A stretch of DNA of 64,000 bases from Raillietiella orientalis (taxonomy: Eukaryota), in assembly GCA_036172245.1 (NCBI GenBank), contig JAYWIR010000029.1, forward strand, positions 2,542,001-2,606,000, written 5' to 3'. Positions 50,807-62,869 of this stretch are shown in pieces. The notes under the pieces were generated by a model. It saw only the letters and a list, made by a program, of their open reading frames with translations. It had not been told where the DNA came from and did not search any database. The stretch's first letter is position 1, and the number at the start of each line of letters is the position of its first letter. The position numbers were made by a program, and so were the translations under genes.

Positions 50807-53800
50807 ATGAAGGCGGGAGAGAGCGTCACCGTCGCCATCAGGATCCGTCCTTTCATATCCTTTGCTGGTGACCCCTGACCCGATCCTTCTCCCCCCTCGC
50901 AGTTCCCCTCTCTCGATCTCGCCGGCGTGGACTAGAAGGCGCTGATCCCCCACCCGTGGGTCTCCTCCTCCCCCCTGTGACGTCATGAGCGCGCGCGCGC
51001 ACCCTGGTCGCTCTCCTCCTTGCTCGGCTCTTCGGGCGACTTCGCGTGCGCGGTCCCCCCCCCCCCCTACCATTCCAACCGGGAGGAGCAACGAGGAAGT
51101 CTTTCCAGAGTTGGACCCTCCCTTTCCCGCTCCCAGGCCCATTCCTCGGCTCTTCTCGGGACTTTTCAGCCGGGAGAGCGAGATCGGCTAAGCGAACGGC
51201 GGTCAGGAAACGGTGGGGGAGAATAGGGAATGGGAAAACAGGCCAGCCAGGAGGAGGAACCCTATCCTCGCGCAAGTATCGTCCTCCTTCAGAAAGGCCC
51301 CTCCCGAAGACAGGAAGGCAGGAGGTGCGAAGACCCCACGGTCAGCGCACCCAGGAGGTTTCCTGCTTCCCGCCGCCGGGATCCTCACTTCACATCCGTG
51401 ATGGGAGGGGGAGGGAGAAACGGCAGTATGATTCTCCGGGATCGTTTCCTGGTCGACTTCGCTCCTTTCCTCCCACGCATGAGGAAGGCGGACGCGCGCG
51501 GTGGTGAGAGATCGCGCGCAGGGAACGAAAGTGTATGGGTCGGCCCCGCGGATGACTCACCCGTAGTTTCCCGGATCTAGCTCCTCCTGCCAGCGCCCTG
51601 CGCGGACGTCTGGTTCTCACAGGGAAGAGGCGAACCGGGGGTCTCCTTCCTCTCCCCTCCAGAGGGCGCTCCCTGAGCCCGCAGCGCGAGGGAGAGGCGC
51701 CGGGCAGCGGTGACCTCCTGACACGTCTGCCGCAGGCAGCATACACATCTCCGGACCCCGCGCGGAGCAACATGGCCGTGCGATGCTTCCACCCACCTTT
51801 TCGCCCCCGGGTGCAGAAACTCCCGAAAGTCCCCTCGCATCCCCATCCCACCCCTAAAAACGAGAAAGGAAAAAAAGGGTGGGAGAGGAAGGAGGTCCGG
51901 ATGGGTTTCCTTAACGGGAGATCACAGCAGCCGAGAGATCGAGCGGAAGGCCAGGTGTGTGGTGCAGATCGACGGGCAGGTCATCTCCCTCAGGGATCCC
52001 AGCAGGCCGAACGAGCAGGTCAAGTCGTTCTCCTTCGACCACGTATACTGGTCCCACGACGGCTTCGTCGTCGACCCCAGCGGATACTTCGTCCCCGACC
52101 CAGACCACGTGAACGGTCACAAGTACTGCGACCAGGTAGGGACACCCCTTCGGGGTGGTGTTTTCCGGGTTTGGGAAGCCACGTTGCCGGGCGCACCTTT
52201 CCCACCTTCTACCGGAAGAGCTCGCAGACTCAGCCCGGTCGCGCGTCGCCCTCCGGCGAGGCCGAGAGGACTCTCTCGTTGACGACGGCAGCACTGCCTG
52301 CCGGGGGAAACCTCCGTCCCGACGTCCCGGGACCCCCTCTCGAACTCCTCCTCATCCCCGTCCGGATGCTCTGCCACTGCGCGGGGAGGCCCGCATCGTT
52401 GGGAGACGGATCCTCGGAGCTGCTCCTCCAGTTGCATCCGCGCCAGGGCGGCAGCGCGCGTTCCCCTCGGTGCATCCGAGGATACTGCGGCGCGGACGCT
52501 CGCAGCCTCCCCGGCGCCGGGGAAGACCCCGTCCTCCCATCTCCCCGCTCCCCTTGGACTCTCCCTGCTCATCGGAACGTGGCAAGGGGAACCACGAAGG
52601 GTCGCTGCCGGGGAGCCCCACTCGTGTTTCTGGGGAGAGGGTCGTCCCGTCTTCTGGACCGCTCCTGAAACGATGCCCACACGCCCGAGCAGTGGCACTC
52701 CCACCACGTCCGGCCGAGGGCGCCGGACCTCCGGACCGCCCCTTCCTTCCTCTGACTCGCGTCGGAGATGACCCCCCGCGGTGCCGAAAGCGAGGGCTTG
52801 CGGCGGGTGGGTGGGCGGAAGGCAGGAATTTCTCCGGGTCGTCGCCTCCTCCCCCTCTCTCCCCCCGCGGAGGGACAGGGAAAGTGAATACCGACTCCCG
52901 GGAGGCTCGGTTTCGCGCCGAGCTTGTCCCGTAGCATCCTGCGGTCGCACCTTTGGGGCTCGTCTCTGGGTTCGGAAGAGATGAGTGGTGACCAAGTCGG
53001 AAAGGGGCGCGGCGGAGAACCGCTAGGGCGATTGTGCTTGCCCACGCACTTTCAGAGACGAGATCAACGGGTGTCGCCTCCGCCGCAGGTGATGACCTCT
53101 GCTCACGCGTGCGCCATCCCGGGCTTTCCTTCTCTTCAAAGGGAGCGGATAGGCGAGGAGGAAAGTGCGGAGCAGTGGGAGAAGAAGGGGGAGTAGCCGG
53201 GGAGGGAATCTCCCGGACGACGGGAAGGGGGCAGGAATTTATAGGAGGCAGGTGCGGAACTCGCGTCTCCAAGGCTTTCCAGAGTGCCACCGCGCGGCGT
53301 GCGGAGGCCGCAGTCGTTCCGAATCCGTCAGCATCTAACGGCGAACCTGAGAACGAAAGAATCATAGCCCCCTGCTGTCGTCGGCATGCGCGCGATCCGC
53401 ACGCCAAGTGCGTGCACGCTGCCTCGTGCGCCTTCCGCCTGTCCACGCTGCCATTATGCTCCGCGCGGTTTCCCGCCCCTCCCCGGAAACGAGAGAACCG
53501 TTAAGTCCAGGCAACCATAAAAGCAGGGTGGCCATAAAGCGGGCTCCAAGAGCTTCCTCAGAATGGTAGTCTCCCGGCGGACGGATGAACGCAGTTTCCC
53601 GAAGGTGGTTTTTCTGTCTTGCCTCCAAAGACGAGCCTCCAAAGACGATGAGGAAAGCAAACACGGCAGGGGAACTTGGAGAGAGACGGCAGCTTTGCGA
53701 GAAGGAAAGAGCGAAGCAGCGGAAGGCGGTCCGGACACAGCTCGGCATGGCGTCAACTCCCGAGGGGCAAGGGGTTCCGGGAAAGAAACGCACCAGTTCG

Positions 53801-56800
53801 GCTTCGTTCGATCATCTAGTTGTCGAGCATGGTGGAGGAGGGAAAAAAGCTCCCTGCTCCTCCACCTTCTTCTTAAGGAGGAGAAGGATCGATTCTTTCC
53901 TCCTCATCCTCACCCTCTTCATTTTCCTTCTCCTCCTTTCCTACTATCCTTCTCTTCCGCCTCCTCATCCTCTTCATTTTCCTCCTCATCCCCTTCCTCT
54001 TCTTTATTCTCATTCTCCTCTTTTCCTTCTCCTTTTCATTCCCATCTTCCTCCTGCTCTCCCATCTCACCCTTTTTTTTCGCGCTCGGAGGAACCTCCAG
54101 ATCTTCGCTTTCATGCCTCTCTGCGGCGCAGGACCGCATCCCGAGGAAGACGGAAGGGCCCTCAGGAACCTCCAGGAGAAAAGGAGGGAGAGAGGAACAC
54201 GTCTTCTCTTTTCCTTGGCTCCCACGCACGATCCGGGAACCTTCGGAGAAGGCTTGCTATTGTTCCTCGGCCACTAATGCCCCCTGGGGATTGCTCTCAG
54301 AGGCCCGCGCAGCTCCGCGCAAGGAGCGTCCTTCTCGAGCGCCCTTGAGCGCAGCGATCCGGGAAACGGTTCCCCGCCCCACACTCGGGACGCAGCTCCG
54401 CACGGGGGAGTTTGCCTCCCTGTTCCCTCATCCTCCGCCTCGACCAGCTCCGTCTTTTCCCACCTCTCTCCCTTTCCAGAAAAGGATCTTCGCTGATTTG
54501 GGCCGCCAGCTGGAGAGGAATGCATGGGAAGGCTACAACTCCACCCTCTTCGCCTACGGGTGCACAGGATCTGGGAAATCCTACTGCACGATAGGCTACG
54601 CGCCCAACTTCGGTAGGTCGGGATCCTCCTTCCCTTCCGGTAGAGGCCCACATGAGGCCCTTCTCCTCCCAAGGGATCCTGCCCATGTTCCTGGAAAACC
54701 TGTTCTCGGAGATCCAGGCCAGGAAGGTGGCTAGGAACTCGACCCAGTACGAGGTTCACTTTAACATGCTGGAGATCTACAACGAGGTTGTCTTCGACCT
54801 CTTGAACCCCGTGAAGGGCAAGAAAGGGCTGAAGATTCGCGAACACCCGACCAGGGGTTTTTACGGTGAGTCCGCCCCGTCGGCGTAGATGCTGCGACGG
54901 TGCGCCTCCCCCCCCCCCCCCCAGCCGAAGGGCTGAAATCCGTGCTGGTGTCTTCGTACGAGGAGCTCAAGTTCCGCATGGAGGAGGGCATCATCAACCG
55001 CACGATTGCCGCCACCAAGATGAACGCGCTGTCGTCCAGGGCGCACACGATCGTGCAGATCGTTCTCCTGCAGAGGTTCGAGAACGCGGAAGGCCAGGAG
55101 ACGGTGAAGACGTCGGTCACCAACATCGTGGACCTGGCCGGGAGGTGGGGGCCGGGGAAAACGGGGAGGCTCGGGGACTCAGCCCCAGCCCCTCTCCCAC
55201 CCTCACAGCGAGAAGATCGTGCAGACCGGCGCCGAGGGCAGTCGCCTCAAGGAGGGTGTGTCTATCAACCACTCGCTCCTCTGCCTGGGAAACTGCATCC
55301 ACGCCCTCGCCGACAACTCCGCGGGAAAGCACGTAGGTAGAGCGGCTGCCGGCGGGAGGTCCAAAGGGGCGGCGACCTCTCCCGGCGAGCCACCCTACTC
55401 CGCTTTTGCTTTCGTTCCCGGATGAAGGTCAGGGTGCCCTACAGGGACTCGGCGCTGACCAAGCTGCTCATGAACGCGCTCGGCGGCAACAGCAAAACCA
55501 TCATGGTGAGTCGGCGTCACGCTCGCTGGACCGCAACCCGCGGGCGTCTTTGCTTGCAGCTCGGCACTATCAGCCCGGCGGACTTCCACTACGAGGACAC
55601 GCTGTCTACCCTGAGATACGGTGAGCTCCCCCTCGCGCGCGCACTCGCGCGCGGGCCGTCGCTCCCCGTGCGGGGAAGGCGAGGGAGAGGCCGTAACGAG
55701 CGCAAATTCCCTCTGCCTCGAGCATTCCCGACGGGCGGTCAGCTCGCCGCCGCCCGTTGCGTCCGCTCCCTGAATGGTCTCCTTCTTTCTTCTTCCAAAC
55801 GAGCAGGCACCTCTATCAGGAATCGGACCTGCCTCCGGAGAGACAGGTGGCTCTGCAGCGGGGAGGCGGCTTGGGGTCGAGAGGGTCTCTGCGAGGCCTC
55901 CTCGGAAGCCACGTCCACCAGGGGGCAGCCTTGGAAGCACCTCGTAAACGTTCGACAGTGTGGCACGCGTGATGCGCGGATTCGTGAAAGGAGGGAAGCG
56001 CAGAACGCCTGGAGCAAGAGGTGATCCTCCCAATGCGGCGACACTTCCGAAATCTCCTTCACGAGATTCACCCGCGTCTCTCTTGCCAGAGTTCTTTTTT
56101 TTTTTTCTCGGAACGTTGAAGACGAAAAGGCTCTTCCTGGGAGATCACGAATCGCCGTGATGGTGCTGTCCGGATATCAAGGAAGAAAACGCCTCGCAAG
56201 GACAGGCGTTTAGGCAACCTGGGCGTTTTCCATGGGAACGGCGGTCTCTCAAGGAATCCGTGGTTTGCTGAAGTCCCAAATTCTCAAGCAAGTTCCCAAG
56301 ACGATAAAGTGCTCTGGCGTATCTTCATATCTGCCTCCTCGTGGGAATCATCATTGCATATCTCTGGCGAGTCGCTCCTAATAATCCATCTTGCATACTG
56401 TGTCATCCGGAGGATGACCCAAACTGTGCGTCCGATAAATGCCCCGACTGTGCTGTACGCAGGAAGCGACTATCAACTTTCTCATTTTTTCTCCGTACAC
56501 TTTGATCTTAGACAAAAGGCTTTTCTTACGAAAGTGTGTCTTTAAAATTCAGTCTGCTATTATGAGGCGACTGGCAAGAGTAGCAACAGTTTTTTTTCTT
56601 TTCTTTGTTTGCGTCACGCGTTTACTTCCTACAGTAATGCTGCTATAATTTACATATACTGTAATCGTTTACAGCTTTGGAAAATTCATTCTTAACATTG
56701 TAATTTAATAGCAACTTCACTGCTTTCTTTTATTGTATTTAATGTTTGTACAGACGACGGGGCTGCAAAGGATCGCGTTGGTTTCGTACGTGCGGCGAGT

Positions 56801-59800
56801 TTGCGCCACGTCCTTTTCGCTCGTTTGCGCACGCGCGCGGCTGCGACGAGAGCGACTCCATGATGCGATCCCCGCAACGAAAACCGAGGAAGAGGGGGAA
56901 AGAGAGACTTCTAATCAAAGGAGGAGGAGGACGCACTCCGTGAAGTCGTCATTTCGAAGAGGTTCGTCCGCTGCGGTAGCAGCATCCGCGCTCTCCCTGC
57001 TCTGCCTGCCGTTCCCCAGTAGGGGCCGCCGAATCGATCTCCCGGCACGGCCCAACCCGGACCACCACCTCACCTGCTGAAGGAACCGCGCACGTCTCCA
57101 AGAACAGCCGCCGCTTGGCCTCGGCTCCGCCGGACAAGACATCCCGCTTTTTTTTCCTTTTTTTTTTATTATCCTGGTCTCTCCTTCCACAGAGGAAGGG
57201 AGAAAGCCGGTTTCCGCGATGGTGAGGAGGCTGCACCTCCTCAGGCTGCACGCTGGTCGGACCCCACCGATAACCGGTCCGAATTGGCGGTCGTGAGGCT
57301 GAGGCTGCTGCCGCACGCGGAGAGACACCAGGCGTTGCGGGTTCGAACCCCACCCGGGGAAGGGTTGGCGCCAAGCGTTGTGGGGAAGAGGCGCCGAGAA
57401 CGGGGATTGCGCCGTGGGCTTCGATTTCTCCCCGCAAGATGACTCTGGTTGGACCGCGGGTTTCGGGTGCGGCGGCACTGGTGGAAACCCCGGATCCTCC
57501 CGTCTACTGACCGCCATGGCCTCCAGGGTCCTTCCAGGAATCGAGGAGCCCTTCGGGTTCCCCTATGGTTGTGGAGATGAAACCGCGGTACCATGGAGCT
57601 GGTCGAAACCCCTCCCCTCGGGGGTGCCTCTCCAGGGCGTGAAGTGCGCTGCTCACTTCGGGGAGCGCCTTTCAGGGAAACTTGGAAGCGTCCCTTCAGG
57701 GTTCCCTTGAAAGGAAGAGTAAAGAAGGGGCGGATCCTTTCCGGGTTCCCTTCGGAGAAGAGACGACGAGCGACTCCCTACGGGTGGTCCCTCCGGAGAG
57801 AACAAGGAATAGGTTCCTTTCGGAGCTCCTTCCCACTCCTAAGGGGAACGGACTCCTCCCTCCGGAGCCTTCCTGGATTCACAGGGTGGTCTCCATGGGG
57901 TTGTCCCTTAAGTTGGAGAGTTAAATATTCACCCTCGGGTGGTGTAGACAATGTCAAAGAGCTTCGTGATCCCCCCGCAAGGAGGAGAACGGTTCTTCAG
58001 CACTTGGCGGACCGACAGAAAAAAAAGAAAACCCGAAGAAAAAAAAAAAAATGGGTGTTGCGGCAACCATGGAGAAATTAAGCCTCCGCGCTTGCTGACA
58101 GGGATCGGCGGTTCCAATCCTTGGACTTCCTGCTGTCTTCGAAGGGTTGCCGTAGATGTTCGAAGACTACTCACTCCCCAGGGCATCGGAGTCTCGCGCG
58201 CCCGTCCAGAAAGGCGCACCCCTCCGGGAAGCAGTGAAGGCAACGAGACTCGCATCCTTTTACGAGACGCAGAGAGCCAAGGAGAGCCATTGCGGAGGTG
58301 CAGGAGCATCCTCGCCTGTGCATTCCGTGGTCACGTTCTGCTCCCTCCTCCTTCCTCCTCCTCCTCCACGTCCGACCCTGCAGATTTGTCTTTTAGCCGA
58401 TCGAGCGAAGAAGATCAAAACCATGGCCGTCGTGAACGAAGATCCCACGGAGAAGCTGCTAAGGAAGCTGAAGGACGAGAATGAGAGGCTGAAGTACCTC
58501 ATTAGTAATTCCGTCAGCCTGGACGTGGCGGGCATCTCTGCTGCAACCTCTTCTCAGCCGCTGGACACGTCAGGTGATCCGCTAGCGCTTCTCTGTCCCC
58601 GCTGAACTTGCACCCGTGATCCTCGACCGGAAATCACAGCTTCCCTTTCTGAACCGGGGGGGGGGAGGGAGGCAGGAACGCATCTTTTCCCGGGGAGTAC
58701 CTCGAGTTGCGAGCTGCCGGAGAGTCTCATCCACCAGCGACGTTCCTCCTTCCTCCTCGGGAGTCTTCCCTCGCGTGGTTGCACGCGCCTCCCGCCGTCT
58801 GTCCCGCATACACCCTGTCCTTGGGGATTTCCCGCTCTGCCCCTTGCCCTCCGCAGAGTGCCCCCTCCAGGAGGGATCGGTGGTCCGGCACTTCCCCTTC
58901 CATTCCATTCCCGGGATGGGTGCCCCCTCCCCGGTTGCGCTACCTCCGCGAGCGGTGTGACCCCGCCGAGGGGGGAGGCGCCCCGTTCTCACCCTTCTCA
59001 TCCAAGAGCTGAACGAGTTGCGAGACAAGTGGGAGGAGGAAGCCAAGGCGAACCTCGCCAGCAACGAGACGGAGATGCAGAGGATCAGGCAGTCGTACGG
59101 CGAGAGGCTCTCGCAGGCCTCCCGGGAGACCGAGATCCGGCGGCAGGTCGGTCTCGGCGCCGGGCCGGCAAGGACGTCTCTCCCGCTTTCAGGGAACGGG
59201 GCATCTGAGGGTGAAGGAAGAGTGCAAGACCAACCCGCACATCTTCAACCTCAACATCGACCCCCAGCTCTGCAACCGCCTGGTCTTCGTGATTCCGTTC
59301 GGACAGAGCAAGGTGGGTCACGGCCACAAGAATCCCGTGGATTACGTCATCGTCGGACCGGGGTGAGCACCACCCTGTGAGAGAGCGAGGGGTATTTTCT
59401 GGATTATTCCCTTCCCTCCTCCCCCCTTCGCACACTCACACACTCCGGGATTCCCTTCGCGCGGGAGATGTGACGGCCTCTCCCGCGCCTCAGTCTAAAG
59501 TTGTCTGAGACCGTTGCACTCCCACCTCCTCCTCCTCTTCTTCCTCTTCCTCCTCCTCCTCCTCCTCGCTCTGCCCATCCACCCACCGCTGCCTCTTCCG
59601 CAGTCAGCGGAGCGTGGAGGACGTGGACCTGTCACGCTTCGCCGCCGTGATCGCTGCGCGGCTCGAGGGCGCTCCGATCGAAGAGGCGGGCAGTCGAGAT
59701 GCTCTGCCGAGTTCCGCACTCAGCCGCTCCCTAGAAGGGGGGCGGAAGGCGGCCTCCTCCGTTCCCCCTTCCTCCCTCCGGTTTTCGCTCCTTCCTTCAA

Positions 59801-62800
59801 AGAGTGTCCCCGGCTGCCTCGGGAAGAACCGGGGTGCCGCCTGTTCCCTCCCGCCGCTTCCTCCTCAGACAGCTCGAGGGCATCTACGAGTGTTGCCAAA
59901 CTTCGCGAAGGCTTCCTGAAGCGAGGAGTCGGAACGGGAAGGAAGCAGGGGCACGCGGGCTCTAAGGAGGGAAAGACCGCCAAGGAAGAAGAGGCTGTGG
60001 AATCATCTGAGAGGGAACGAAAAGGGAGAAAGCCGTGGTGCGTGCCTTCATCGGCGTGACCGGCCTTCGACCTGCCCGGCTGTCCCGAGGTCCGTTGTCC
60101 GGACTTCTCTCATCCCAGCCCTTTCCGGATACCAGGAAGAACCGAACGCGCTCCCTCTGCCGCTGCCCCCTGACAACCAGGCTCATCACTCGCCTCCCGT
60201 TCCTCTCTTCGGGCGGCCACCAGCCCCGCCCTCGAAGAGGAAGTGAACGGCAGCGGGGTCGCCGTTCCTCCGTCTCTGGACCGACCACTTCCGAGTGGGT
60301 GCACACACTCCCTTGCAGCGAGGGAAGTGCCTCGCAGGCTGGCTCGACCCCGTTCGCAACTGGTCGCAGCTTTTCTCCGGGGAGCAACCCAAGAGACCAG
60401 AGAGCCGACCGTCGCAAGCCCCGCGCTTCAGCCAGGAAGGACGCGCGTCCCTCCGAGATCGCTCCCTGCCCGTGCGCTCCCCTTTCCGGTTTTGCAGGAC
60501 GCTCACGAAGGCGGTGAGGCACCTAGCACACGCTTGGCGGAGAGAGGCGTTCTGGAGCGTTCCCGGCCGCCAGCCCCGTGACCTGCCTCGTACCGGCGGG
60601 AGCATCCTCGGCCTGCTGCTGCTTCCGTGTCTAAGACGATACATGATTAAGGGGGAAAAGGGGGGGAGATTGGCATAGAGGGGGCGGAGGGAGGCACGGA
60701 AGCTGCCCCCTGGGAACGCCACGTTGCTCTCACAGCCCACCGGATCTCCAGCAAGGCTGTCGGATGCTCTCCTCAAGGCAACCGCGGTTCTCTCTGGATC
60801 ACCACTGTGTGTGTTTCCTTCCAAGCATCCACGAGGTCCACGTCATCTTCTACCGCAACCAGGAAGGACAAGTCTTTCTGCAGCCCGGCAACGAGACCTG
60901 CAGGGTTCTCGTGAACGGCGTGAAGATCAGTTCCTCCACCCAGCTGTTCCACTACGACAGGTCAGTCCCTGCCTCGGCTTTCCTGGGACACCGGGGTCCG
61001 GCGAAGACTCGTTTTCGGGACGACGCAGATCTGGGTGTACCAGAACCCGACGGAGGCGACGACGTCGAGCAAAACCTATCCGGAGGTCACGTACGAGTTC
61101 GTGCAAGAGGAGATCATGTCCCACGGCGGGATAGACCTCAAGGAGAATGCAGGTCAGTGAATGCTTCGAGAACCACGGCGGTATCCTTTCCGCCCCCCGC
61201 AAGGTTACGGGGAGGAATCGGGCAGGCGGAGAACCCGAACCGCCCTCCCCCCTACGGTTCCGTGACCTGAGGATTCTGATCTTTGCAGCTGTTTCGGACA
61301 CATTTCCAATAGGGTTCTCGTTGCGCGATCAGTTTGCCACGCACCCCCTCGCATCGGCAGCGAATTCCTGGTGGGTTCCGAGGTTCCATAGGGGATTTTT
61401 TTTATTGTTGTTCCCGTTGCCGTCCACTCAGCGAAGAGAACTGGTTGCCAAGCGGCCAGCCTTCCTCGTCCCAGGCGCAGAGAGATTTCGTACGGCAGTC
61501 GATCGCACGCACGCCATGGCGCTGTCTGCTCGCGGTTCAGAGCTCAGAGATGCCACGCCGCGTGTCGACCACCGGACATCCGTCAGCCTAGGCCAGAGGC
61601 TTCTCTTATCGTGGTAGCCAGAAAGAACCTTCTCGTTTCCACCGTGCCCGTGGAGCGCATGCGGACCAACATCTATCCTCTTCGGCGGTTCTCTTCGTGG
61701 GCGTTTGTGTGTGTCAGGAGTCGTTCCCTCTATTTGGAGTGTCTTCAGCACATTCCATTTCGAAGATGCTGAAGTGCAATGCTTACAATGGCGGAATGGG
61801 TGCTGCCGCTGTGCACCACGCCACGAAGACTGTGCCCTGAATGAGTCGGTGGAGAACGAGGATGCAGCAAAGATGAAAACACTGTCGAAAGCCCTCAAAA
61901 GAAAAAAAAAAAAGGCATCCTCTACAGATCAAAGATTCATATTAAAGATGGTAAGATTGAGATCTTCATATAGTAATAAGACGGCTGCATCGGAGCCAAC
62001 CTTATGTGGCTGAAACAGTCACAGGGCTGCGACGTACCAGGTGCCTGAGGAAAAATGAAGGGCAACAAATGTCCTGGAGTGGGAACAGATGCCTTCTGGA
62101 ACTTCCGGGCATGGAACTGCTCTCGTTCCAGTCACTCGTAATCACTCTGTGTGTCCGGTCCCAACACTCTGTGTGTTACAGCGCGCGTCCGAACCGTTCC
62201 GGCGCCTTCTCGGGGAATCAAATCTTGATTACTGCAGGGGGCTCCCTCTCCGTGCAGGGGGGGAGAGTAACGAACCTCGGTTGCTCTCGGGGACGCGGAA
62301 CAGGTTACCTGATTCCCCCGAACCACGGTCCGAATCCGGTCGCCAGACGAGGCGCGCTTTCTCTGGGACCAACCGCCAGCAAAGGTGTTCCAAGAACACA
62401 CCCTGAATCGCCGCATCGCCGCAACACAACCCGGGCGCCTCGCTGCAGCTGTGGTGTGCACGCGCCGTTGCGGAAGTAGGATCATCACCCGTCGGGCGAT
62501 CCTCCGCCACTGCGTATTCTGCTCTCGGAATGGCTCGCTAATTGGCAGCGTCCCTCTCTTCTCCTTCGTGCGCCTCTTCGGACAAAGCTGCTGAGCTTTG
62601 TCAGCCGGTGTTCCCAGCTGTACTGGGAATCGCTTAGTGCTCGGATTTTTTAAGGACACTCGAGGAACGCTCCTCATCTCCGGGTGGCAGGAACTGAAGG
62701 GAGTGCTGCTGCTGTTCTTTCAGATGCTTTGTGGCTTCAAGACGATCTTTTGGAACTCATCCCTGCAGTAGAAGAGGCGAACGCCATCTCTGAGGAGTTG

Positions 62801-62869
62801 GACAAGAGAGTCAAGTTCGAAGTGTTGGTGGTGGCTCCGCAGTTCAACAGTAGCAACAGCAACAGCAAG
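50807..62869 (+). CDS. KIF28: Kinesin-3 family motor (KIF28-like) with FHA domain; 3' part continues beyond the window
   Basis: Exons 50807-50854, 51926-52135, 54480-54612, 54674-54865, 54925-55144, 55209-55332, 55428-55505, 55560-55620, 58397-58573, 59007-59146, 59193-59362, 60826-60960, 61007-61152 and 62724-62869 join in frame. Motifs: [89 protein letters not shown] (FHA), [11 protein letters not shown]. Confidence 0.92.
50855..51925 (+). other. U12-type (minor spliceosome) AT-AC intron, first coding intron of the kinesin
   Basis: 5' splice site ATATCCTTT (50855), branch site TTCCTTAAC (51907-51915), terminal AC (51924-51925). Excision gives the in-frame junction [12 protein letters not shown]. 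Confidence 0.92.
53890..54080. repeat. Polypyrimidine/polypurine low-complexity tract ((TCC/TTC)n-like)
   Basis: About 190 nt almost entirely C/T on the + strand, inside kinesin intron 2. A similar shorter tract lies at 59521-59570. Confidence 0.8.

Noticed and set aside
50868..51930. Canonical GT-AG version of kinesin intron 1
   Set aside because: The phase-1 donor and phase-2 acceptors frameshift the motor; the AT-AC boundaries fit exactly.
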